Positions 38,117 through 46,660 of a stretch of 59,779 nt of DNA are shown piece after piece; positions within the stretch are counted from its first letter, which is position 1; each line of letters opens with the position of its first letter. The position numbers and the translations under genes were made by a program. The notes under the pieces were generated by a model. The model did no database searches. It saw only the letters and a program-made list of their open reading frames with translations, and had not been told where the DNA came from. The DNA is from Streptosporangiaceae bacterium (GTDB taxonomy: Bacteria; Actinomycetota; Actinomycetes; Streptosporangiales; Streptosporangiaceae): the NCBI GenBank assembly GCA_030037785.1, contig JASHQA010000118.1:1-59779 (forward strand), in the 5' to 3' direction.

Positions 38117-38304
38117 TGCAAAGCGCTGCTCGTCACCTCCGTAGCGAAGTAACCGGACTTATCGCGGGCCGGTAACGTGCTGGTCACCGGTCGGCCGCCC
38201 GGCCGATACGTGCGCTGGCTTGACTGGAGTCGGTGTGTAAACTCTGGACCGAGAGGCGCGGGCTCTACGGTTCCGGGCATGCTCTGCTGAATGGGGACAC
38301 TGAG

Positions 38305-38658
38305 ATGGGCGATGCACTAGCTCCCTGGCACATCATCATCCTGGTGATCGTGCTGGTGCTGCTCTTCGGGGCCAGGCGACTGCCGGGGGCGGCCAAGTCG
38401 CTCGGTGAGTCCATGCACATTTTCAAGCGGTCAGTCCAGGGCCTGGACTACCAGCCCTACACCGGAGTGCCGCCGGGTGACCAGGCGACCGCGGCCAACC
38501 CGCCGGAAGCGGCGGCGGCTGCGCTCCCGCTCGCCCCGCCGGATGCCACCCAGCAGCAGCTGGCTGACCTGCAGCGGCAGGTAGCGGAGCTGCAGCGGCA
38601 GGCTGCGACGGTCGGCAACGGGCAGGCTGGGCAGCCGCAGACTCAGCAGCCCCTGTAG
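38305..38658 (+). CDS. tatA: Twin-arginine translocase subunit TatA/E
   Basis: MGDALAPWHIIILVIVLVLLFGARRLPGAAKSLGESMHIFKR..., followed by a Pro/Ala/Gln-rich tail. It is the 3' part of track ORF 38233... Confidence 0.9.
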   Translation: MGDALAPWHIIILVIVLVLLFGARRLPGAAKSLGESMHIFKRSVQGLDYQPYTGVPPGDQATAANPPEAAAAALPLAPPDATQQQLADLQRQVAELQRQAATVGNGQAGQPQTQQPL

Positions 38659-38670
38659 CTCGCCGCCGAC

Positions 38671-39606
38671 ATGGCCGCCGACGACGGGCTGGCCGACGAG
38701 CCGGTCCACCAGGATCTGGGCTTCACCCGCCGGGCCAATCCAGAGGCCCGGATGCCGCTGCTGGAGCACATCCGCGAGCTGCGGAACCGGGTAATCAAGA
38801 TCGCCAGCGCGATCACGGTCGGCTCGATCGCCGGCTGGTTTGTCTACCCGTGGGTGTGGAACTTCATCAAGGCGCCGTACTGCAAGGCCCAGATAACCTC
38901 GCCGGTCGCCTCGGCGATCTACAGCTCGGCCGGCACGCTCGGCCCGCACTGCACGCTGTATGTGACCGGCGTGTTCGACGCGTTCTTCCTGCGCATGCAG
39001 GTCGCCATCGCCACTGGCGCGATCATCTCGCTGCCGATCTGGCTGTACCAGCTCTGGGCCTTCATCGCGCCCGGCCTGTACCGGCGGGAGCGGCGGTGGG
39101 CGTACTACTTCGTCGGCGCCGCCGTGCCCCTGTTCGCCATTGGCGCCACCATCGCCTACTTCGCGATGACCAGGGGCCTGCGGTTCCTCGTGCACTACAT
39201 GCTCCCGAGCGACGTCACCGCGCTGATCACGATCAACACCTACCTCAGCTACGCGGGCGCCATGCTGCTGATCTTCGGCATCGCGTTCGAGCTGCCGCTG
39301 GTGCTCGTGCTGCTGAACATGGCCGGCGTGCTCACCCACGCGCGGTTCCGCAAGTGGCGGCGGGTGATCATCTTCCTGGTGTTCGCGTTTGCCGCGGTCT
39401 TCACGCCCAGCCCGGACCCGCTGTCCATGCTGCTGCTCGCGGTCCCGTGCGTCGTGCTGACGGAGGCCGCCGAGGTGTTCGTCTGGGCCAATGACCGGCG
39501 CCGGGCCAAGACCGGCAGCCTGGAGTTCCCCGGCCTGACCGACGAGCAGGTCGCGCAGTACGGGCTGGACAAGCCGCTCGGCGAGCAGGCCAGGTCCAGC
39601 AAGTAA
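38671..39606 (+). CDS. tatC: Twin-arginine translocase subunit TatC
   Basis: MPLLEHIRELRNR..., 6 TM spans, ...TPSPDPLSM motif. Confidence 0.92.
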   Translation: MAADDGLADEPVHQDLGFTRRANPEARMPLLEHIRELRNRVIKIASAITVGSIAGWFVYPWVWNFIKAPYCKAQITSPVASAIYSSAGTLGPHCTLYVTGVFDAFFLRMQVAIATGAIISLPIWLYQLWAFIAPGLYRRERRWAYYFVGAAVPLFAIGATIAYFAMTRGLRFLVHYMLPSDVTALITINTYLSYAGAMLLIFGIAFELPLVLVLLNMAGVLTHARFRKWRRVIIFLVFAFAAVFTPSPDPLSMLLLAVPCVVLTEAAEVFVWANDRRRAKTGSLEFPGLTDEQVAQYGLDKPLGEQARSSK

Positions 39607-39651
39607 GCTGGGCAGCAGGGTCGCTCGTCGCCTCCCAGCCAGAAGGAGGCT

Positions 39652-40308
39652 GTGGGCATGTCCGTGTGCTCGCTCGCTGACTATTACGCCGATCGCGCCG
39701 CCGAGTATGACGAGGTCTACCGCAAGCCCGAGCGACAGGCCGACCTCGCCCGGCTGAAGCAGCTGCTTCCGCCGCTGGTGGCCGGCAAGCGGGTGCTGGA
39801 GATCGCCGCGGGCACGGGCTACTGGACCCAGGTGCTGGCCACGACCGCGGCCACGATCACCGCGACTGACGTGAACGCGGAGACGATCGCGATCGCGGCG
39901 CAGCGCGAGTATGGTCCGGCACCCGTCGCCTTGCGCACGGCCGACGCCTACCGGCTGGACACGGTGCCGGGCGAGTTCGACCTCGTGTTTTGCGGCTTCT
40001 GGTGGTCGCACATCGCGCGCGCGGACATCCCGCGGTTCCTGGCTGGCGTGCGCGCCCGGACCGGGCCCGGCACCGTTCTGGTGCTCACCGATAACCGTTA
40101 CGTGCCCGGCAGCAGCACCCCGGTCAGCCGCACCGGGCCAGACGGCGACACTCATCAGGCCCGCAGGCTCGCCGACGGCCGCGAATACGAGGTGCTGAAG
40201 AACTTCCCGAGCCGGGAGCAGCTAGCGGCCGACACCGAACCCGCAGCTAGCGACCTGACCTGGACCGAGCTTGACTACTACTGGCTGGCCAGCTGCGTGC
40301 TGCGCTGA
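39652..40308 (+). CDS. Class I SAM-dependent methyltransferase
   Basis: VLEIAAGTGYWT motif I, DLVFCGFWWSH motif. Substrate unknown. Confidence 0.75.
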   Translation: MGMSVCSLADYYADRAAEYDEVYRKPERQADLARLKQLLPPLVAGKRVLEIAAGTGYWTQVLATTAATITATDVNAETIAIAAQREYGPAPVALRTADAYRLDTVPGEFDLVFCGFWWSHIARADIPRFLAGVRARTGPGTVLVLTDNRYVPGSSTPVSRTGPDGDTHQARRLADGREYEVLKNFPSREQLAADTEPAASDLTWTELDYYWLASCVLR

Positions 40309-40360
40309 CCGGGCCAGCGGCGGGGCCGGGGGTTCGGGCTACACCGCCTAGTCTTGGGCT

Positions 40361-43033
40361 ATGAGCTCGCTGGCGGGTCCGCGGCCTGGCGAGGCGGTTG
40401 ACCGGCCCGAGCTGGCCGCGTTCCGTCGCCTCTATGACTTTGACTTCGACGACTTCCAGGTGACCGCCTGTGCGGCGGTCGACGACGGTCACGGCGTGCT
40501 GGTCGCGGCCCCGACCGGCTCCGGCAAGACCGTCATCGGCGAGTTCGCCGTGCACCTGGCCCTCGCGACGGGCCGCAAGTGCTTCTACACCACGCCGATC
40601 AAGGCGCTGTCCAACCAGAAGTACGCCGACCTGGTCGCCCGGTACTCGGCCGCCCGCGTCGGGCTGCTGACCGGCGACAACAGCATCAACGGCGAGGCAC
40701 CGATCGTGGTGATGACCACCGAAGTGCTGCGCAACATGCTGTACGCGGGGTCGCTGACCCTGGCCGGGCTCGGGTACGTGGTGCTCGACGAGGTGCACTA
40801 CCTCGCCGACCGGCTGCGCGGTGCGGTGTGGGAGGAGGTGATCATCCAGCTGCCCGAGCCGGTGCAGGTGGTTGCGCTGTCTGCCACGGTCAGCAACGCG
40901 GAGGAGTTCGGCGAGTGGCTCGAGCAGGTGCGCGGCGGCACTGCGGTGGTGGTCGACGAGGTCCGGCCGGTGCCGCTGTCGCAGCACGTCCTCGTCGGCC
41001 GTCGGATGTACGACCTGTTCAGCCCCCGCGGCGCGGTCGAGCCCGAGCTGCGCCGGGCGACCCAGCGGTACCTGGTGGCTGACCGGCGACCGGGCCGGGG
41101 CGGCGGCCGGGGTCAGGGGCCGGCGCGCTACCGCACCCCGAGCCGCCCGGACGTGATCGATCGCCTGGACAGCGAGGGCCTGCTGCCGGCGATCACGTTC
41201 ATCTTCAGCCGAGCCGGCTGTGACGCCGCCGTGCAGCAGTGCCTGGCGGCCGGGCTGCGGCTCACCACGCCCGAGGAGGCCGCGGAGATCGGCCGGGTCG
41301 TCGCGGCGCGAACCGCCGGGCTGGCCGACGCCGACCTGGCCGTCCTCGGGTACGCGGACTGGCTCGCCGGGCTGCGCCGCGGCATCGCAGCCCATCACGC
41401 CGGGCTGCTGCCGACGTTCAAGGAGGTCGTCGAGGACCTGTTCACGGCGGGGCTGATCCGGGCGGTGTTCGCCACCGAGACGCTGGCGCTCGGCATCAAC
41501 ATGCCGGCCAGGACCGTGGTGATCGAGAAGCTTGATAAGTGGAACGGCGAGCACCACGCCGAGCTCAGCGCGGGCGAATACACCCAGCTGACCGGGCGGG
41601 CTGGCCGCCGGGGCATCGACGTCGAAGGACACGCGGTCGTGGTCTGGCACCCGGCCCTCGACCCGGTCGCGGTGGCGGGCCTCGCGGGCACCCGGACGTA
41701 TCCGCTCACCTCCAGCTTCCGGCCGACCTACAACATGGCGGTGAACCTGGTCGGACAGGTCGGGCGGGCCCGCGCGGCCCGGCTGCTGGAGTCGTCGTTC
41801 GCGCAGTTTCAGGCCGATCGCGGGGTGGTCGGGCTGGCGAGGGAGGCGGCCAGGCTGCGCCGGCAGATCGCCACGCTGTCAGTCACGTGCGAGCGGGGCG
41901 ACATCGAGGACTACGACCGGCTGCGACGCGAGCTGAGTCAGCGCGAGCGGGAGGAGTCCCGGCAGCGGTCGGCCGCGCGCCAGGCAGCGGCCATCGCGTC
42001 GGTGGAGAAGCTGCGGCCTGGCGACATCATCAGCGTGCCTGGTGGCCGGCGGGCGGGCATCGCCGTGGTGTTGCAGCCGGGGAAGGCGGCCGCGGCCGGC
42101 GGCCCGCAGCCGCTGGTGCTGACCGCCGGCCGGCAGGTCAAGCGGCTGTCGCTGGCCGACTTCCCGGTACCCGTGAGCCCGATCGAGCGGGTCAGGATCC
42201 CGAACTGGTTCAGCCCGCGGTCGCCGAGCGACCGGCGAGACCTGGCGTCGACGGTGCGGAACAAGCTGGCTGGCCGGGAGCTGCCGACCGAGCCGCGGCC
42301 TGCCGCGGAGCGTGACACGCAGGCCGTCGACGAGCTGCGCCGCCGGCTGCGCAAGCACTCCTGCCACGACTGTCCCGAGCTCCAGCTGCACCTGCGTGAC
42401 CTGACCCGGCGGACCCGGCTGGACCGGGACGCAGAGAAGATCGAGGAACGCGTCGCTGGCCACTCGCACGTGCTCACCCGTACCTTCGGCCGGGTGTGCG
42501 CGGTGCTGGCCAAGCTCGGCTACATCGCGGGCGACGAGGTGACGGCGGATGGCGCCCGGCTCGCCGGGCTGTATGCCGAGCTCGACCTGCTCGCCGCCGA
42601 GTGCGTGCGGCGCGGCACCTGGGCCGGTCTGACCGCGCCCGAACTGGCGGCGTGCGTGTCGGCGCTGACGTTCGAGTCGCGCCGCGAGGACGGCGGTGCG
42701 GTACGGCTGCCGCCGGGCCAGCCGCGCGAGACGCTGGCCCAGATGACCGCGATCTGGGCCGAGCTGTCGGCCGTCGAGGACGCTCACCACCTGGCGTTCC
42801 TGCGCGAGCCGGATCTGGGCTTCGCCTGGACCGCGCACGCCTGGGCCAGCGGCACGCCGCTGGCCCAGCTCGTGGGCCCCGACCTCGGTGCCGGCGACTT
42901 TGTCCGCGCCATGAAGCAGCTCATCGACCTGCTGGGGCAGATCGCGGTGGTCGGGGGCGAGCTGGCCGGGACGGCCAGGGCTGCCGCGGACGCGCTGCGG
43001 CGTGGCGTCGTCGCCTACTCGTCGGTCGAGTAG
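40361..43033 (+). CDS. helY: Ski2-like DEAD/DEAH-box RNA helicase HelY
   Basis: AAPTGSGKT, VLDEVHY (DEVH), SATVSN, HHAGLLP, ETLALGINMPAR, TGRAGRRGID plus a DSHCT-like C-terminus. Downstream of tatC, as in mycobacteria. Confidence 0.9.
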   Translation: MSSLAGPRPGEAVDRPELAAFRRLYDFDFDDFQVTACAAVDDGHGVLVAAPTGSGKTVIGEFAVHLALATGRKCFYTTPIKALSNQKYADLVARYSAARVGLLTGDNSINGEAPIVVMTTEVLRNMLYAGSLTLAGLGYVVLDEVHYLADRLRGAVWEEVIIQLPEPVQVVALSATVSNAEEFGEWLEQVRGGTAVVVDEVRPVPLSQHVLVGRRMYDLFSPRGAVEPELRRATQRYLVADRRPGRGGGRGQGPARYRTPSRPDVIDRLDSEGLLPAITFIFSRAGCDAAVQQCLAAGLRLTTPEEAAEIGRVVAARTAGLADADLAVLGYADWLAGLRRGIAAHHAGLLPTFKEVVEDLFTAGLIRAVFATETLALGINMPARTVVIEKLDKWNGEHHAELSAGEYTQLTGRAGRRGIDVEGHAVVVWHPALDPVAVAGLAGTRTYPLTSSFRPTYNMAVNLVGQVGRARAARLLESSFAQFQADRGVVGLAREAARLRRQIATLSVTCERGDIEDYDRLRRELSQREREESRQRSAARQAAAIASVEKLRPGDIISVPGGRRAGIAVVLQPGKAAAAGGPQPLVLTAGRQVKRLSLADFPVPVSPIERVRIPNWFSPRSPSDRRDLASTVRNKLAGRELPTEPRPAAERDTQAVDELRRRLRKHSCHDCPELQLHLRDLTRRTRLDRDAEKIEERVAGHSHVLTRTFGRVCAVLAKLGYIAGDEVTADGARLAGLYAELDLLAAECVRRGTWAGLTAPELAACVSALTFESRREDGGAVRLPPGQPRETLAQMTAIWAELSAVEDAHHLAFLREPDLGFAWTAHAWASGTPLAQLVGPDLGAGDFVRAMKQLIDLLGQIAVVGGELAGTARAAADALRRGVVAYSSVE

Positions 43034-43158
43034 CCGCCGGGGGAGGGGGACCAGCCTGGCGGCCCGACAGCCCGGCGGCCCGGTCTGGTATCGCCGGCGC
43101 AGTGGAGCCGGTCAAATCGAGTTGCGCGAGCTCGCTCGGCAGCCGAGGCTCGTTGTCC

Positions 43159-43644
43159 ATGACCGAGCTGCCGGTGCGGCGACTTGCCGCGGACGACTGG
43201 GCACAGTTGCGCGACGCTCGTCTCGCGGCGCTCGCGGACGCGCCGTACGCGTTCTCGTCCACGCTCGAGCGGGAGCGGCAGTTCACCGAGCAGACGTGGC
43301 GGGATCGGGCTGGCAGCGGCAGCACCTTCGCGGCGTGGGACGGTGACGCGATCGCCGGGCTGGCTACCGGCCTGGACGAGGGCGGCGGCGGCTGGCACCT
43401 GGTCGGGATGTGGGTGTCGCCGCAGCTGCGCGGCGTGCGGATCGCGGACCGGCTGGTGGCTGCCGTGTGCGAGCTGGCCCGGCAGTCCGGGGCTGCCTCG
43501 GTCACGCTCTGGGTGACCGAGGTGAACGGCCGGGCGCGCGCGTTCTACCGCCGGCTCGGTTTCGTGCCCACGGGTGGCCGGCAGCTGGTCCGGCCCGAGG
43601 AGCCTGACCACTGGGAAGAGGAACTCGTCCTGCGGTTGCGCTGA
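43159..43644 (+). CDS. GNAT family N-acetyltransferase
   Basis: VSPQLRGVRIADRLV...(acetyl-CoA motif A)...ARAFYRRLGF. It is the 3' part of track ORF 42496... Confidence 0.8.
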   Translation: MTELPVRRLAADDWAQLRDARLAALADAPYAFSSTLERERQFTEQTWRDRAGSGSTFAAWDGDAIAGLATGLDEGGGGWHLVGMWVSPQLRGVRIADRLVAAVCELARQSGAASVTLWVTEVNGRARAFYRRLGFVPTGGRQLVRPEEPDHWEEELVLRLR

Positions 43645-43676
43645 CGGCGGTTGCGCTGACGGCGGTTGCGCTCACG
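43632..43676. repeat. 15-bp tandem repeat x3 (GCGGTTGCGCTGACG), first unit containing the GNAT stop codon
   Basis: Units at 43632-43646, 43647-43661 and 43662-43676 (1 mismatch in the third). Confidence 0.9.
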
Positions 43677-43755
43677 TTGACCTTGATCGTTGTGAGTTTT
43701 GCATGCCTGGACCCATAGCAAACCCGCTCCGACGGCCCGGCGGTGAGACTGCAGC

Positions 43756-43791
43756 GGGTGCCGACGCGGGTGCCGACGCAGGTGCCGACGC
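43756..43791. repeat. 12-bp tandem repeat x3 ((G/A)GGTGCCGACGC)
   Basis: Units at 43756-43767, 43768-43779 and 43780-43791, in a convergent intergenic spacer. Confidence 0.9.
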
Positions 43792-43852
43792 CCGCCCGCT
43801 GGCCCAGCTCTCGCCGCGGGTCACGCACCCAGCGGCCCACCGGACCCGGAGA

Positions 43853-44824
43853 TCAGGCGCTGCAGTTGCTGCCAGTCAGGTTGTTCGCGATCGTGTACGC
43901 CTGCTGCAAGTACCCGTTGACGGTGGTGACGTAGGAGTTGGCCTGGGTGACCGCGTTGCTGATAGCGGTCTGCGCCTGGCTGATGACCGCCTGCGGATTC
44001 GGGTCACCGACGGGCGAGCCCCCGGCCTTCGCGAGCGCTTCGGCGTCACTGGTGAGCTGGCTGATGTCACCTTGCACCGTGTCGACGTCGTCGGTGACTG
44101 TCGTCCCGTCGGCCCCGACCGTTGTCCCGTCGTCGTCGACGGTCGTCGCGTCAGCGTCGACGGTGCTGACGTTGTCGCAAGAAGGGCCCGCCCCGTTCGC
44201 GGCGTCCGACTGCAGCTGGGAGAGATCCGCGCTCACCTGTTGCACGTCCGTGCTCATCTGGGTCACGTCACTGCTCAGCGTGGCTACATCGCTCTGCAGC
44301 GTGCTGATGTCGTCGCTCACGTGCTGCTGGTCGGCGGTGACCTTGGCGGAGTGCCCGTGGCTCACGTGCGTCCGCTTGGCCGCCGTGTTCGCGTGGCTCA
44401 CGTCCTGCCGCAGCGCAGCCAGGTCGGAGTGGTACACCGCGGGAGTGGCCGGCCTGAGCACGGCTGAGCCCAGGTATCTGCTCGCGTCGGGCGCTGTGAT
44501 GCTCAGCCGCCCGGCGCTGAGCGTGCCGGTGATCGTCGTGGCGCCTAGTGCGTAGATCCCGGCCCCGGTGAAGGAGACATACCTGCCATCGAACGTCACC
44601 GTCACCGGCGCGGTCTGGACCTGCACGGTTTCGGTCGGTGCGGTGCCCGACAGCGTGTCAGCGGTGATGGTGCCGCTGGCCCGGCCCTGCCTCGGTGCCG
44701 ACCACGTGATCAGTGCCACCGCGCTGTGGTCGGTCCCCGCGTAGTACCCCGGCTCGCTGTTGCTGCTACAGCCGACTGCCAGCAACGCAGCTGAAGCCGC
44801 GACGATGGGCAGGATGCGCCTCAT
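43853..44824 (-). CDS. Lipoprotein of unknown function with a Ser/Asp/Thr/Gln/Val-rich internally repetitive C-terminal half
   Basis: MRRILPIVAASAALLAVGC lipobox, GGAGG RBS before ATG 44824. The beta-like N-terminal half is followed by degenerate repeats (DDISTLQSDVATLSSDVTQMSTDVQQVSADLSQLQSD; VDADATTVDDDGTTVGADGTTVTDDVDTVQGD). Two C-terminal-half Cys. Confidence 0.7.
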   Translation of the reverse strand: MRRILPIVAASAALLAVGCSSNSEPGYYAGTDHSAVALITWSAPRQGRASGTITADTLSGTAPTETVQVQTAPVTVTFDGRYVSFTGAGIYALGATTITGTLSAGRLSITAPDASRYLGSAVLRPATPAVYHSDLAALRQDVSHANTAAKRTHVSHGHSAKVTADQQHVSDDISTLQSDVATLSSDVTQMSTDVQQVSADLSQLQSDAANGAGPSCDNVSTVDADATTVDDDGTTVGADGTTVTDDVDTVQGDISQLTSDAEALAKAGGSPVGDPNPQAVISQAQTAISNAVTQANSYVTTVNGYLQQAYTIANNLTGSNCSA

Positions 44825-44932
44825 GATGGTGGGCCTCCGGGCGGAACCAAGGTCAGCGTACTTCTCCTGCCCGACGGGCGACACGGGATGGCGACGAGCT
44901 CGCCAGCTAGAGCCGAGGCGGCCGAGAGCTAG

Positions 44933-45487
44933 CTACCGGGCCGAGGGAGCAAGCACCGGCAGGTCATAGGTACGGCGGATGCTGGTGCCGAGCCGGGTGA
45001 TGTCCGCCCCGTAGACGTGCAGCGAGATGGCGACGCCGTCGCCCACGTTGCGGACCCGGTGGATGTCACCAGGCGGCGCGAAGCCGCTGACCTCACCGGC
45101 CTGGTTCTCGCTGCGGCCGACGTCGACCAGATGCGACCCGTCAGCGGCGAGCGCGAACAGCTCCTCGTACTCCACCCCCTGCAGCACGCCGAACACGCAC
45201 CAGGTGACATGGTCGTGGATCGGCGTGACCTGGCCCGGCCGCCAGACCATAGCGGTGACGGAAAACGAGCCGTCCGGCTCGACGTGCAGCACGTGGCACT
45301 GGTAGTCGTCCGCGGCGCCCTCGCGCTCGGCGGCGGTGAGCATGTCCGGGGCGGGCAGATGACGGCGAAGTGCCGTGGCGACGAAGTCGGCGGTCTGCTG
45401 CCAGTCGGAGTGCTGGCCCGTCGCGGTGCGGATGGCGGCGACGAGGTCGGCCGGACATCGGGTGCGGACCGGACTGAAAGCCGCCAT
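44933..45487 (-). CDS. Cysteine dioxygenase type I-like cupin (thiol dioxygenase family)
   Basis: Cupin motifs TPIHDHVTWCVFGVLQGVEYE and PPGDIHRVRNVG. AAGGGAG RBS. Confidence 0.75.
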   Translation of the reverse strand: MAAFSPVRTRCPADLVAAIRTATGQHSDWQQTADFVATALRRHLPAPDMLTAAEREGAADDYQCHVLHVEPDGSFSVTAMVWRPGQVTPIHDHVTWCVFGVLQGVEYEELFALAADGSHLVDVGRSENQAGEVSGFAPPGDIHRVRNVGDGVAISLHVYGADITRLGTSIRRTYDLPVLAPSAR

Positions 45488-45689
45488 GCTGAGCTCCCTT
45501 GCCTACTAGCCGGGTGGAGATTACCTACTAGACCACTAGACAAAGGCTACGGCGCGGGGCCACCAGGCGCCAATGCCAGCTATCCATGGATCGATAGAAC
45601 TCGACTATCGAATGTCTGCTCTGGGGTCACGGCTGTGCGACCGGCCAGAACCCCGCGAGCGGCCCGGCCCGGCTGGCAGGATTGCCGGT

Positions 45690-46613
45690 ATGCGCGAAGC
45701 CATGCGCACCACGATGCTGCTGGACGCCGCTTCGATGTACTTCCGGGCGTTCTACGGGGTGCCGCAGGAGACCATGCGGGCGCCGGACGGCACGTCGGTG
45801 AATGCGGTCAGGGGCCTGCTCGACATGATCGCCACGCTGCTGCGGGCTCGGCGTCCTGACCGCCTGCTGGCGTGCATGGACGCGTCCTGGCGGCCGGCTT
45901 TCCGGGTGCGCGCGATTGCCTCGTATAAGACGCACCGGGCGAACCCGGACGGCTCCGAGCAGATCCCGGCCGGATTGACCGTGCAGCTACCGATCATCGT
46001 GGCCGTGCTGGACGCGGTCGGCATCGTGATGAAGTGGGCCGACGGCTACGAGGCCGACGACATCATCGGCACGCTGGCGGCCCAGGCCACCGGGCCGGTG
46101 GAGGTGGTCACCGGCGACCGGGATCTGTTCCAGCTCGTCGAGGACGCACGCGACATCAGGGTCGCCTACATCGGCAAGGGCGTCGCCAGGCTCGAGCTCG
46201 TCGACGAGGCAGGCGTGACGAATCGGTATCAGATCCCCGGCCGGTCGTACGCGGCGTTTGCTGCGCTGCGCGGCGACCCGAGTGACGGGCTGCCGGGCGT
46301 TCCGGGCGTGGGGGAGAAGACAGCCGCAGCCCTCGTGCGCGCGTTCGGCTCGGTCGAGGCGATGCTCGCTGCGATCGACGCGGGCCACGGTGGCTTCCCG
46401 CCGGGCAGCCGGGCGAAGCTGGTCGCGGCGCGGCCATACCTGGAGGCGTGCCTGCCGGTGGTTCGAGTCGCGACCGATGCGCCGGTCGCGCTCAGCGGCG
46501 GCACGCTCCCGTCGGTGCCCGCGGATCGGGCGAAGGTCGCGGCGCTCGACGAGCGCTGGGGCCTTGGCTCCTCGCTGGGACGGGCGCTGTCGGCGCTCGC
46601 CGCCGCACCGTGA
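45690..46613 (+). CDS. 5'-3' exonuclease (FEN/Pol I N-terminal domain-like)
   Basis: MLLDAASMYFRAFYGVP..., YEADDIIGTLA, VTGDRDLFQLV, H3TH GDPSDGLPGVPGVGEKTAA. Start ATG 45690 or 45702. The upstream part of the track ORF is lower-GC non-coding sequence. Confidence 0.88.
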   Translation: MREAMRTTMLLDAASMYFRAFYGVPQETMRAPDGTSVNAVRGLLDMIATLLRARRPDRLLACMDASWRPAFRVRAIASYKTHRANPDGSEQIPAGLTVQLPIIVAVLDAVGIVMKWADGYEADDIIGTLAAQATGPVEVVTGDRDLFQLVEDARDIRVAYIGKGVARLELVDEAGVTNRYQIPGRSYAAFAALRGDPSDGLPGVPGVGEKTAAALVRAFGSVEAMLAAIDAGHGGFPPGSRAKLVAARPYLEACLPVVRVATDAPVALSGGTLPSVPADRAKVAALDERWGLGSSLGRALSALAAAP

Positions 46614-46660
46614 CCGGGTGACATGATGGATCCGCATACCGCAACCAGCTGGAGGAGTCC

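Noticed and set aside
36060-38304. Search for PafBC-dependent RecA-NDp-type promoters (as I recall: TGTC(A/G)GTG, 8 nt, TANNNT) near pafBC, tatA, helY and other intergenic regions.
   Set aside because: Only partial matches were found. AGTCGGTG at about 38229 has TAAACT just 2 nt away. TTGACGGTG on the minus strand near 11855 has no -10 at the correct distance. None satisfies both halves with correct spacing.
46460-46469. GGTTCGAGTC, a tRNA T-arm-like sequence.
   Set aside because: It lies inside the well-supported 5'-3' exonuclease CDS, and no acceptor or anticodon arms can be drawn around it. No tRNA was found anywhere in the window.
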